From positions 71,734,001 to 71,798,000 of the forward strand of contig NC_043008.1 in NCBI RefSeq assembly GCF_006345805.1: a stretch of DNA of 64,000 nucleotides, written 5' to 3'. This document shows positions 27,651 through 40,680 of this stretch, in pieces. A program made the translations under genes and the position numbers. Below the pieces are notes generated by a model. The model was not told where the DNA came from, ran no database searches, and saw nothing but the letters and a program-made list of their open reading frames with translations. This stretch comes from Octopus sinensis. Its lineage: Eukaryota. The stretch's first letter is position 1. Every line of letters begins with the position of its first letter.

Positions 27651-27699
27651 CAAACTTGACAACAAACTTGACCATCATTTATGTATTACTGTTTATATT

Positions 27700-28106
27700 T
27701 ATTTCTTTATTGCTCACAGGGGCTAAACATATAGGGGACAAACAAGGACAGACAAATAGATTAAGACAATTACATCGTCCTCAGTGCGTACTTATTTAAT
27801 CGGCCTCGAAAGGATGAAAGGCAAAGTCGACGTCGGCGGAATTTGAACTCAGAACGTAGCGGCAGACGAAATACCTATTTCTTTACTACCCACAAGGGGA
27901 TAAACACAGTGAGGACAAACAAGGACAGACAAACGGATTAAGTTGACTATATCGACCCCAGTGCGTAACTGGTACTTATTTAATCGATCCCGAAATGATG
28001 AAAGGCAAAGTCTACCTCGGCGGAATTTGAACTTAGAACGTAACGCCAGACAAAATAACGCTAAGCATTTCGTCCGGCGTGCAAACGATTCTGTCAGTTC
28101 GCCGCC
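27700..28106 (-). mobile_element. Two tandem family B SINE copies
   Basis: Two successive gaaa(g/t)gatgaaaggcaaagtc..cggcggaatttgaac units. Confidence 0.85.
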
Positions 28107-29076
28107 TTAATTACTGTTTATATTGCGTAGTTGCCCGACAATTTTGCTTCTGTACAAGCGCATCGCATCACCCAATATCACACACTTTGTAGCCATTGGT
28201 TAATTCACTGTAATGTGGTGAATATTAGGACAAAAATCCCACATGGAGTATCCTACCAACATACTCTACGTATATATAGATGCTAAAATCCGAAAATAAA
28301 ACTAAAACACTTCCCGAACATTACATCCTACAACTATACGAACACCATATTTTATTCCTCTCAGAGACAGGAGTTTGTCATTCATGAATCATAGTCCATC
28401 TCTAATATCCATATTATACTCAATATTCTTGTCTCAGTTCAATGAGTTGTATTTTCGTATCTATTGTTTCCATTCAGTCCCGCCATACTCCACTCCCTCC
28501 TTCACCACTAGCTGTTTACAACAATAACTTTCGGCTTTTCTCATTTGAAGTCTTCCTATCTCGACTCTTTCAAATACCTCTACCAACGCTATCACTGATC
28601 GAACACCTTCAGCTAGAAATAGTGTAATGTGGATATACATACAGAAATGACTGTATATCTGCAAATATCTTTCTATATAATTATAATAATTGTGTACGTC
28701 ACATAACTGTATTGACAAAAACATTGTTTCTATGGTACCTATTTTTAAACCTTAAGTGTCATATACATCTTAGCATTATGCTTTTTCAGTATCATACTAA
28801 TGTACTTGTACATATGTAAAGTACTTCAAATAATAAATATATGAAAACATATTTAATGAAGTGTCGTCTTTGTCAGAATTAAGTCTCTAACTTCACTTAA
28901 ATAGCCATAGACAGTAGTCTATCGCTACTACCCAGCATACGATTGCATGCTAGTCAGTTCTTTCGTCTTCCACTCCTAACTTAATGGCGCTTCAAGTTTG
29001 CTTAATGCTAGGGACTCCAGTGAGAAAGAGAGAGAGAGAGTGAGAGCGTGTGTGTGTGTGTTTGTGTGTGTGTGTT

Positions 29077-29107
<31 letters not shown>

Positions 29108-29299
29108 TTGTGTATGTGTGTGTGTGAAGCAATTTTGTGTTAATTTTGTTAGTCGTTTAGGTAACTTGATTTGTTATTGGAATTGAATTCTTTGGCTTTG
29201 TAAAGGAAGCCGGTACTAGGAATGCTATTTTTTCTATTGTGAATGAAAATAGAGAGGGCGGTGTGGATGCAAAAATACCTTTCATGTGTTTCATAGATT

Positions 29300-29760
29300 A
29301 CATATAAACTTTTGACAAAGTAAGACATGATATGTCATTTGAAGAACTCAGTAACATTGGTCTACATGGAAAAGACCTCCAAATGTTAAAGAGCCTGAGC
29401 TGGAACATATCAGCGTGCACTAAGGTGGAAGTAACATGCAGTGAAGCTCTCTTCAAATACTTTAGTGAATTAATCATAAAAGAACCGGAGAAGGAAATAG
29501 ATTTTCGGGTTAGAGCCAAACGCATCAACAACATAAGATATTCACATGATGCAGTTTTACTTGCATTTCGGAAAGGGAACTTCAGAGTTTTCTGGGTATA
29601 GTGGTTAGAGTAAGTGATAGAAAGGGTATGTTCATAATTTTCCAGAAGACAGGGTGTATGATGGTGAGAGAGGAGGGAAGCCCAAAGTTCATGCTGAAAA
29701 TGAACAAGCAAATCATTAAGCAAGTATTATCTTTCAACTACATTTGAATTTTGATCATAG
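29300..29760 (+). mobile_element. RTE-clade LINE RT fragment
   Basis: FEELSNIGLHGKDLQMLKSLSWN..LFKYFSELIIKE..INNIRYSHDAVLLA (INNIRYADD motif of RTE). Confidence 0.7.
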
Positions 29761-30333
29761 AAGAGACAAGATATGAGAAAGAGATCAAAAGATGAATAGT
29801 GCTGACAAAATCTGCATTCTCAAGATTGTATTACTTCAGAAACCGTACTCCAAACATCGAAACCAATCTCCGTATACTAAACTTCTATGTCACCTCTATG
29901 TTAATGCATACATCCATTCAGAGCTCACCTTTAAAATCCACATACTGTGTACTACTACAGTTCAGCCATCACGCATAAAATGGTGTATGACACTCTGTGA
30001 GTACAGCATAGGAGTTTTCACATAAGCACTACATTCCTCCCCACCATCGTCATAGATCAATTGAGCACTAGCTCTATATGGAGGTAACATTAGGTGCATA
30101 TGCTGAGATTGAGATTAGTGGTACTGCATGTACCCATTGATATATGTAAGGAATGCGCAATACAACACAATGCCATATTCATTACAATGTTTCCAGATTG
30201 ACACCAACATTTTAAATTAGCAATGTACAAAATCAGTCAAAAAATTAGGAAACTACACTCATTTACATTTTCTAGCAAATTACACAAAAAGGCAACACTT
30301 ATGGCATCGTCGATGAGCAGCTCAGCTCTCTAT

Positions 30334-30464
30334 TCACTTTATACACTAAATTTCACATTTGTCACCCCTTCTAACCGGTTTAGAACAGTTAGATTCTATT
30401 AGATTCTAACTGTTCTAAACCGGTTAGAAGGGGTGACAAATGTGAAATTTAGTGTATAAAATGA
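30334..30464. repeat. Near-perfect ~60-bp-arm palindrome
   Basis: tttatacactaaatttcacatttgtcaccccttctaaccggtttagaacagttaga and its exact reverse complement. Confidence 0.95.
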
Positions 30465-31919
30465 CATAACGCACATTTTGCGCCGAATTCAGCCAGAGTA
30501 TTTTCGTGACCAGGTGGACAATTGTTTGATAATTGAGCTCTGATTGGCCGTATGCAAATGAGTTCATAACTGGGGTCCGGAATTCTCGTGGGAAACAAAT
30601 TTCGCTAACGAGACATCAGTAATGACAACGGGAGGGCTACACAAATGTACACAGATTGATGAAGTATGATCAGGTGGTTCTGAAACTGTAATTGGCGCAA
30701 AAGCTGAAGTAAAAAGAATTATATCGAGAGTCGTTTACGCCGTAAGCGGACACATTAAAGTTATAAATTTCATTTTCATCAAATTAAAATTTAACGGCAT
30801 TAAGAAAGACAAAGTGTGTGTGCGTGTGTATTTGTGTTTGTGTGTGTTTGTGTGATATTGCAATATTACAGAACACAAATTCTCATAAAGAAGCCAGTTT
30901 TGAGGGAATGATGATGATGATGATGACGATGATGATAATTTCGATGGCTATTGATAGTCTTCTGGGAAGTTGTGATGTTGTTGTTGTTTTTGCTGGTGTT
31001 GTTGTTCATGATGATGATGATGAGGAGGAGGATGATGGTGATGATGATGACGAAAATGATAATTTTGGTGCTGATAGCGTTGACAGTGTTGGAGGTAATG
31101 GTTATGGTTATGAAGAGAATATCATCGAAATCAGACTTGGTAATCAAACATGAATTCTAAGATTTCCTGATCTCAATATCTATTTACTATTATTGCCTCA
31201 AGAAATAGTTGCTGGGTTTCTCACACCGGACAATGTTGCTATTGTTGCTGTTGTTGATGGTGTTGTTGTTGTTGTTGTTGTTGATGATGATGATGATGAT
31301 GATGATGACGATGATGATGATATCATTATCACGATCATGAATATGATGATTATGATGATCGTGATGATGACCATGACAGTGATATGGGTTTCGCTATGTT
31401 TCAACCAGCTTTTACCTTTTCGTTTTTAGTTAATTATAGTAGGTCTTAGGCTATTATTCAATTGTGATGAGAAAGGAGGGACATCATCCATGATAAACTT
31501 GATACTAGCATGGAATATATTTTTGTGTAGATGTGTGAGTATTTTGCTGCTCTTTTTAATTGACTAATCAGAATAGAAAAATTAGTGCGCATGGCTTGCT
31601 TTACGGTCAACAGGACAGATGCCAGGAAAAGAGATTTGACTGCACTCTGATAAATGTAACCAAGAATATGTGTTGTTATATAAGCAGATGAGGAATGAGT
31701 CTTTCCATCCACTGTATATGTGGCCCACTTGATGGATTTCATCATATTCAGTGCTTTAGTGGATTGGTCGGCAAACTTTTTATATCATTACTCCCTGATG
31801 AAATTGTTGAAAGCATAGTTCCACTTAAATCGTAACCTTACTTTCTAACATAACATTATAAACCTTGAACTCGTATTGATTTCAAATTTTGGTACAAAGA
31901 CAAATATTATGGAGGAGGT

Positions 31920-32067
31920 CACAAGTAGATTACATCGAGCTCGGTGCTCAACTGGTACTTATTTTAGCGACCACGACAACGGCGGAATTTGAACTGGAAC
32001 GAACGACCGGACGAAATACTGCTAAGCATTTTACCTGGCGTGCTAACAATTCTACCAGCTCACCGCT
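31920..32067 (-). mobile_element. Diverged family B SINE
   Basis: ggcggaatttgaac..gaaatactgctaagcatttt..cgtgctaacaattctaccagctcaccgc. Confidence 0.7.
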
Positions 32068-32314
32068 TTGTCACTGAACTAATATTCCAAAAAATAGTAT
32101 TAGCAATAAGGGATGAACTATAGCCCATTCGCAAATCAGCAGTATATTGTTAATGCTTATATTAAAGTAGAAGGTTGTCGTCTGCATTATATCAGAGAGC
32201 ATCAAAATGAATTAAGAGTTGCTTTATATTCAAAGCTCATGAATTTTGCGAATTTTTGCAAAAGAAGAAACAATTAGATTTCTAACCCTAAAAATTCACT
32301 CCATAATTGCGTAG

Positions 32315-32592
32315 GGCTTATGGCGTTGTGGTTGAGAGCGCGGGCTACTAACCCCAAGACTCCGAGTTGATAATAATTATAATAATATAATTATAATAAT
32401 AATAATAACAACAGCAACAACATCGAAAAATACGTTAGAAATGAGAACCCAGGTTCGAAATTTCCCCAAGACACCTGATAAAGGCTGGAGGTTATATCAG
32501 CCGAAAATTTGTGTTAACAACAAACAAGATGAGGACAAATGTAAATAATATAAATAATGTAAATAATTACTCATCTCTAAAAATAGAACTGT
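32315..32592 (+). mobile_element. SINE-like element: tRNA-like head, (TAA)n linker, degenerate hammerhead, AT-rich tail
   Basis: tggcgttgtggtt A box, cgggctactaacccc anticodon-like arm, gagtt B-box remnant; ACAC-CTGATAA-A-GGCTG..CAGCC-GAAA-ATTT-GTGT at 32471-32514; tail repeated at 57328-57410. Confidence 0.6.
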
Positions 32593-32619
32593 ATTAAGAA
32601 ATGGTTATAATAGAGATTC

Positions 32620-35400
32620 TGGTATTCCTGTTATTCTTGACTCTTTATTTACAGGCAGTCCAAGAACTATGCTACAGTCATATCAGGATGCCATATCCAT
32701 TGTTTGTAAATATGGGAAACCCGTTTTCTTTTAACTTATACGTGCAACTCAAGACGCCCTGATATTACAAACAACTTGGGATCCATCGAAACAGCTCAAA
32801 ATAGGCCTACTTAGTGTCACGCGTGTATGAAGCTCATCTTAATGAATTGATGACTGATATTAAAGACAGATATGTTCTGGGAATTCCCGTTGCTCACATT
32901 CACGTCGTTGAATTCCAAAAGCGAGGTTTGCCACATTGTCACATGCTAAGTACGTTACGCGAACAAGATAAACCAAGGACGGTAACAAACTGATTCTCTT
33001 TTAACAGCTGAAATCCCCGACAGAAACGAACTTCTTCGTGAATTAGTCACATCACTGCCGATTCACGGACAATGTGAAAAGAATTTTCCTAAAGAATTTC
33101 ATGAAGAAACTATAGAAAACGTAAATGGATATCCAGCCTACAAACGAAGATATAAGGAGGATTCAGTTCGTGTCGGAAATTACATTGCCGACAATAGAAT
33201 TGTAGTGCCTTTCAATAAGTACCCACTAAAGAGATAACTAGCTCATGCTAACTTGGAAATCTGTTCATCCGTTAAAAGCATAAAATATATTTTTTAAGTA
33301 TTTTTTATAAAGGACTTGACTGTGAAATGATGGGATTTATTTCACTGGAACAAATGAAATGGAGAAATAAGACCGCATCAACAGTACGATAAAATAAAAC
33401 AATTCTTATCCTGTAGATATATTTCCGCCCCTGAAGCAATGTGGCGCCTCTCCAACTATCCTATTGCATAGCCAATTTCATACAGTGTATCGTCTAGCCG
33501 TACGTCTTTCGGGTGAACAGAACGAGTATTATTGACAGGGAGAGCAACAAGGAGCAGTTGATAGGGCTCGAGAACGTGACACAACATTAACTTCTTGATT
33601 CAAATGAAACCAAAATGATATAAATGCACGCCATTTTTTGTATTGTGAAATTCCTGAACACAACGTATTCAATAAGAAAAAACACATGTTGTACACACAC
33701 ACACAATGAGCATGCAGTATTGTCAGCAGAATGTACTCTGTGAGTCCAAGAGATGTTGAAAATTTTAATTTGAAGCTGTTTTTACTTCATGTTCCTGGAG
33801 CCACTTCCTATGAAGACTTAAAGACAGTGGGAGGAGAAATTTTACCAGCGTTTAAAGAAGCTTGCATCAGACTAAGATTATGGGATAATGACGAAGAACT
33901 AACAAATATTTTGAGAGAAGTAGTAGCATTTAGAATGCCACGTTAGTTACTCAATTTGTTTGCCATGACTTGCTTATTTAACCATCCTCAAAATGCCCTT
34001 CAAACATGGAATAATTACAAAGAAAACATGATCAAGCATTTAGTTTCAGAGCATGATACTACTGCCGAAAATTTAGCTTTACTTTCATCGAGTGGAGTAT
34101 TCAGAGAACATGGAACCTTTTGCAGAACGTTTGGTTTGCCATTGAACAAGTATTTACACAGGATAATGACGTGCCCATTGAACCTGCTAATATAAGTACT
34201 TTAAATAACGAACAGCTTCAAGTACTACACACTGTAATGGACGCGGTTACTGCCGTCGAAAGAGGCCAACTAGAAAATGGAAATTGATTCTAGCTAGACG
34301 CCCCCGGTGGTTCTGGAAAAACATATTTTCAATATGTTACAACGTCATATTATTGCTAACGGAATTACTGTAAGCATGGTAGCATGGCAAAACTATTCAC
34401 AACATATTTAAGTTACCACCGACAGAAAATAGTGTTTGCAGTGTACCACCAGATTCAGAACACACTATCGAACTTTGATGCATATAAGTTTATATAGTAA
34501 ATGCAGCATCAGTGATTTCCAGTAATGCTTCACATGCCATAGATAGGTACCTAAAATACATAATGGGAAACGATGCAGTCTTTGGAGGAAAAATATTTCT
34601 ACTTGGAGGCGATTTCAGAAAGCTCTTCCAATTGTTCCCCGAGCTCCTCCAGCAGCTATCATTGATACATGCATTAAAAGATCCCATTTATGGCATCATT
34701 TTCATCACCTTAGGTTAACTAGAAATATGAGGGCAGATGTTAATGAACAAGAATTTACTTCGCAATGGTTCCCTAAACAATGTTCTCCAAGATGTTCTAC
34801 TACATATTGTTGACGTACCTACATCTTTTTGCTGTCGAACATCACTTGTCTCAGAAAGTTTTAACAACTGCGCGCCAGAATAAATGGAAAAACGAGTAAT
34901 TTTATCTACTATAAATTGAAATGAATGAAAGAGTTCTTAATATTATACCAGAGACACTTAAAACGTACTTCAGCACAGATTCAGTGCCCTGCAATAATGA
35001 AGAGATAATGTAAAGGAACTCGCATGTAAGTGCAAAGACTTCATGAACATCGTGTAGATGCATCAATGGTAACAGGCTCTAAAAGAGGTCGAACAGTTCT
35101 ACTTCCCAGAATTAAACTTAGTCCAAGTGATGCAAATATTTCATTCACACTAAACAGACTTCAGTTTCCACTTCGACTTGCATATTCAATGACAATTAAT
35201 AAGGCTCAAAGGCAAACATTTGAAAAAGTTGGAATACATTTGCCTCAGCCACTATTTTCTCATGGCCAATTATATGTCGCATTTTCAAGAGCACGAGCTA
35301 TGACAATATCAAAGTAAGAGTTATGAGACTCAATCAGGATAACAGACAAGGCCAAAAACGTAGTCTGACATACAAAATATTGTCTACCTGGAAGTACTGT
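32620..35400 (+). mobile_element. Decayed Helitron RepHel (HUH Rep + PIF1-like helicase)
   Basis: FTGSPR.MLQSYQDA..YGKP; HVVEFQKRGLPHCHML; ISAPEAMWRL; LDAPGGSGKT; FGGKIFLLGGDFR; RLQFPLRLAYSMTINKAQRQT..FSHGQLYVAFSRA; many stops and deletions. Confidence 0.93.
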
Positions 35401-35694
35401 GAGGTAGGACCACGGCACCAGCTAACATCACCACCACACGGGCCGCTCCATCATTACACATCCATATCACAACTTTAACATCGGGGAACCAGTTAGAATC
35501 TCTCACGACATACTAGCAAACCACAAAATTGCACCAGACAGCATCACGACTACCTCCCAGCCAGTCATATATATGTATGTATGTATGTAAGTATGTATGT
35601 ATGTATGTATGTATGTATGTATGTATGTATGTATGTATGTATGTATGTATGCATGTATGTATGTATGTATATGTGTGTATATGTGTGTGTATGT

Positions 35695-35900
35695 TTGTGT
35701 CTGTTTGTCTCATCACCACCATTGCTTGACAACCGATGTTGGTGCATTTGCGTTCCTCTAATGTAGCTGTTCAAGAGAAGAGACTGATAGAATAAGCACT
35801 GCTTGCAGGGAATAAGTCCAGAGGTCAATTTCTTCGAATAAAGAGTGGTGCTCCAGCATGGCCACTGTCAAATGACCAAAACAAGTAAAATAATAAAATA
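35695..35900 (+). mobile_element. Family A SINE, 3' half
   Basis: attgcttgacaaccgatg..gatagaataagcac..gctccagcatggccactgtcaaatga. Confidence 0.8.
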
Positions 35901-36109
35901 ATAGCAGAAAAACATTCCGTACCCCTATACCAAGAAGTTTCTTTGAATATGTACGATGTATTTTAAGATTAAATAATAATTCCGTTTCCTTTGTGTAACT
36001 GAGATATTTTGGTTGGATTATATAATCATTGGTGTTACATTAACTTCTATATTCTGTAACTGTCACAATATACTTTTCTAGGACGGAAATTTTTTGTGGG
36101 GAGGAGGCC

Positions 36110-36220
36110 AGTTGAGTAGATCAACTCCAGTACTCAACTCGTACTTAATTTATCGACCCCGAAAGGACGAAAGGCAAAGTCGACCTTGGCAGAATTTGAA
36201 CTCAGCACGTAAATACAGAC
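36110..36220 (-). mobile_element. Family B SINE fragment
   Basis: ttatcgaccccgaaaggacgaaaggcaaagtcgacc. Confidence 0.75.
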
Positions 36221-36798
36221 GGTCATAATATACAAACATTTCTCATGGCACCAGAACACTGTTTATATATGCTTACCTTCTTTATGTTTTCCGTGAAATT
36301 TTCAGGGTTCCAGCTGGTTATTATTATTATCTGCGGTAAATATAAATATTGATAACAACAACAAAGGACATTACTAGCATCTGTGGCAGTTGAATTGCTT
36401 TGACTCTTATTTCTAGTAATGCTGGTGTTTATCCGTGCCCTTTGTCACGTAAGTGACGTGTATATTTCTGCCTTCAGGTTGTAAAATTACGAATTAGCCA
36501 CCCATGTTATTCATAATTTTCACTTTTACCGTTTATGAAATCAACGTATGATTTCAACAGATATCATATAAACTGACAAAGGGAGCTGAGTTTAACTCCG
36601 AGTGCGGAGAGAGCCACCGCTGAGCATTAAGATGCGTTAAGCATCAAAATCGAAACCACCGATGATCTGACTATGGTTGCTGCTATAAGGAGCTTGCCTG
36701 CCTTTATGATAGTGCTTTCTCTGGCTATTCAGATCTTTTGACTCTTAGTTCTAGAAATGTTGGTGCTGATCAGTTACCTTTGTCACTTTAGTGACACA

Positions 36799-36860
<62 letters not shown>

Positions 36861-37703
36861 CATTTTTTTAATATATCTACCAAGTGGTATTAACATAAAT
36901 AATGAGGCATATGTTTGTATTAGAACCAAGAACGTAGTTACTGTAGGAAAAGAAATACGGCGCACATTCTCCCTTTCGAATTACAGCTGACAGTCTTTAA
37001 AAAGATAATCACAATTTTTAAAGAGAATTTATAACTGAAAAAAGTCGAGACAATATTGCTTAAAATGCTGTTGCTCATGATATTGCTCGATCAAGGCTGA
37101 ATGAGAGTTGGAGAAGGAGAACAACAAGCTATCTTAAGCATGTTAAATGAAATTGACGAAAATGAACGTCGAATTTCCTTTTAATTAATGATTCCCGGTC
37201 TAAGGTGTGTAAAGTAGGGGTGGGTGTGCTCGGGAGCTTGTGTGTAAGATGGGGGTGTATGAAAAGAGAGTAAAAACCAAGGGAGAGCAATGAAATAGAA
37301 GAAAAAATACAAACTAATGCAGCATGGAAACTGTGACCTGTTTACATCATGATGAATTTTTTCTTCTTCCCTTTAGAGTTAGCATATTCTCACTTCTAAT
37401 TGAATCGTTAATTTTTGCTGTAATTAGTCGAAATGCATTCAGCTTCAGAAAGTGGCACGAAGGAAAACAGCAACAGGAATGTTGCTAAATGTGGGGAATG
37501 GTTTCAAGAACACTACGAGAAACGTGTGAATTACAAATACAAATTGTGCTGAAAAAATTACGACGAACTTCAGTGATTTTTTTCGCTATGGGATTTATTA
37601 TTATTAATAGAGAATTACCGGTCTTATGACAATTTATACTCCGTTTTCTTTTACGTACATACATACTTCCATGCATGCATAAACACATACATACATTTAC
37701 CTG

Positions 37704-37759
<56 letters not shown>

Positions 37760-38390
37760 GAGGGTATTACTCATCATGTGACAGGGATTTCATTGGAGTA
37801 TAATTTAGTTACTAGGAAATATAGAATGCATAAAAGTTTTAAAGTTGCTTATACAAAATAAATTGAATACTACATTTCAAATGAAAGATATTTATTGCCT
37901 TAAATTAAAAGTTAATGAAAATACATTTTCGGGTGTATATTTGCAATATATATATGTGGATATTTTCGAGAGTGCAACAAGATCAAAAGAATCTATGTTC
38001 AGCCACTTAGAATACTTTTGTAATATTTTTCTGAATTTTATGAACATAACAACAATATACTGGAACTAAGGAATATCACTACAAGATTCATTAAAATATA
38101 CGCATTGTTCCGAAAGTTATTATTGTCTATCACCAAACGTCAATTGAGCAGTCTTTCTGTCCTGCTTATTTTAACTATCTTTGCATCTTAATTTTACTCT
38201 CTTTCTTTCACTATCTCTCATTCCCCACTTTTCTCTCAATGATGCCAAGTCTGACTGCTGAATTAACCAACAATCAACCAACGAAAGTTAATATTCTCTA
38301 ATATTATATAAAGGTTCTTACATCCTATGTTTATATACCTTATATACCACCATTTTCGAATAATTACTGAATGAAAACCTTAGCACGCAG

Positions 38391-38549
38391 ATGTGTGTTC
38401 ATCTCTACTGGATATTTTTCCACAATGGTCAACTTCAGCGTCGGTGGCGTTATTCTGTGGTAAGCTAAAAAAAAACTTTGATCATCTAGACGTCGGTGGA
38501 ATTATTAGTGATCGCCCGTCATCCGAAGAGTTAGCTTGTCCAAGATTAT
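38391..38549 (+). CDS. Weak candidate symmetric exon (DVCSSLLDIFPQWSTSASVALFCGKLKKNFDHLDVGGIISDRPSSEELACPRL, phase 1->1)
   Basis: gcag acceptor (poor pyrimidine tract), at|gtaaga donor, 159 nt open. Confidence 0.3.
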
Positions 38550-38998
38550 GTAAGAAGTACGCTTTGCTGATGTTTTGATATCGTCCAATCAAGTGGTGTT
38601 ACATAACGATGAAAATATGGCACACTTTTAGACATACATACATATACACAAAAACATATATACATATTTATATATATATATATATACACACATCACGCAC
38701 ACACACATAAAAACACATACACATACAGTTCCACACTCATACACTGTGTGTGTGTGTGTGTGTGCGCGCTCGCATGCGTGTGTACGCATAATATTTACTG
38801 ATTTCTCAAGGGAGGAACGCTTTCGCGGCAGGTCAGAGTTGCCTCTCTTGGTATCTGGTGCTGTGAAAAATTAATGTATTCAAGCCGATAGATACCGTTC
38901 TGAGCTGTCTAGGACGCACTAGCATGTTTTTGGCTTAAGTGAGAATTGTTTCCTTGATGGTAAATTGCAGACCAAGGCCTTTGCAAGTTCAAATGCTT

Positions 38999-39046
<48 letters not shown>

Positions 39047-39150
39047 CCTCTGTTTATTTATGTATATATCTCCCTCTTGCTATACATACACACACAAGCA
39101 CACACATACTCCTCCACCCACCCCCATATAAATATATATATGTATATATC

Positions 39151-39404
39151 GAATGGTTGTATACTGTCCATCTAACACAAACGTGACAGTAGGGGGGTAC
39201 ACCACCGCTGTATAGCCCTAGGAAGCATCGACGCCTCCTAATGGCTTTGACACATTTTTCCTGTGTCCTTATATAAATGTATATAAGGACACAGGAAAAA
39301 TGTGACAAAGCCATCAGGAGGCGTCGATGCTTCCTAGGGCTATACAGCGGTGTTGTACTCCACTACTGTCACATTCGTGTTAGATTGACAGTATACAACC
39401 ATTC
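39151..39404. repeat. Foldback element, ~125-bp inverted arms, between (TA)-rich tracts
   Basis: gaatggttgtatactgtc..ccgctgtatagccctaggaagcatcgacgcctcc..cctgtgtccttatata and its reverse complement. Confidence 0.92.
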
Positions 39405-39589
39405 TATCGCCCCACCACCGTACATGTCTCTACGAGAGATTTAGAAATTTAGTATTTCTGATATATATATAGTAAAATATATATCCCAACTAAATGCGGC
39501 GGTCCCATAGAGCACGATGTTACTGCTGGTTTTTGCCCCAGGAAGACATACATATATGTATGTATGTATGTATATATGTATGTGTGTAT

Positions 39590-39735
39590 ATATGTATGTA
39601 TACGACTGTCTTCTTTCAGTTTACGTCTACCAAATCCACTCACAAGGCTTTGGTTGGCCCGAGGCTATAGAAGACACTACAACACAGAACCATGTTTGGG
39701 AAGCAAGCTTCTTACCGCCTACCACGCCTTCACCT
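39590..39735 (-). mobile_element. Family A SINE, 5' part
   Basis: ctttcagtttacgtctaccaaatccactcacaaggctttggttggcccgagg. Confidence 0.8.
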
Positions 39736-40466
39736 ATATGTATATGTATGCATATATATGCATAGATATATAATTTATGCATATATAGATATGTGTACGT
39801 ATATATACAGGTATAATGTCTGTATATATATGTGTGTGCGCGTGCGTGTGTGTGTAGGTGTAGGTGTGTACAGCTATATGCTTCTATATATTTACTTGTA
39901 CTTATAAGATTTTGAGTAAAACTGGACATAGAAACATGGTGCCGTTCATCATTCATTCTAAACCTCCACACAATCTGCAACCTTGCTTTTTATTAAACGC
40001 TTTTTGTGGTTTCTGGTAAGAAAATTTTGCTGTTGTGCCACAAGCAAAAATCCGTCGCTTTCACCTAAGTTCACTCGTGTATTCACTGGCATTGCTGATA
40101 TCTAAATTATTCATCTTTCATTATAGGTTTTCTCCTCAAAACTGTTCATCTACTGAAACCTGGCTTCCTTGCTTGTGGGCTCCCTTGAAACAAAAGCAAT
40201 ATTTCTCTCGGTTCATCTACTATTCACACTTGTAATACTATTCTATTGTAGCTAATAGATGTTTTTTTCTTACAGTAGATGCTTTACACTATCGCCTAAG
40301 GCTCCATGAACACAATATTCGAATCAGTACAATATTTCTTTGACGAGAAAACGGTTCAGTAATTGGTGGCAAGTGGGATTCCATACTTCTCTTTGCACTC
40401 TGTGTTGAGTTACTGCTCAACTCCAGGTCGTCGATAAATCAAGCTACAGGTCGAAGCTGGGGTCCA

Positions 40467-40680
40467 TTCTTCTTCTTCTTCTTCTTCTTCTTCTTCTTCT
40501 TCTTCTTCTTCTTCTTCTTCTGCTTCTTCTTCTCTTCTTCTTCCTCTTCTTCTTCCGCTTCTTCTTCCTCTTCTTCTTCCTCTTCTTCTTCCGCTTCTTC
40601 TTCCTCTTCTTCTTCCCCTTCTTCTTCCTCTTCTTCTTCTCCTACCCCTCCTCCTTCTTCTCCTCTTCCTCCATTTTCTT
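40467..40680. repeat. (CTT)n microsatellite
   Basis: Direct inspection. Confidence 0.95.

Noticed and set aside
28478-28650. Possible Ser/Thr-rich exon
   Set aside because: Phase does not fit the exon chain and frames terminate; insufficient support
31793-31820. CTGATGA-aattgtt-GAAA hammerhead-like spacing
   Set aside because: Only a 2-bp stem II and no convincing stems I/III; probably chance
35400-35520. CTAG at 35513-35516 as the Helitron 3' end
   Set aside because: No clear GC-rich hairpin just upstream and not followed by T
40126-40230. Possible exon FSPQNCSSTETWLPCLWAPLKQKQYFSRF
   Set aside because: Starts in phase 2 with no compatible upstream partner found; weak donor
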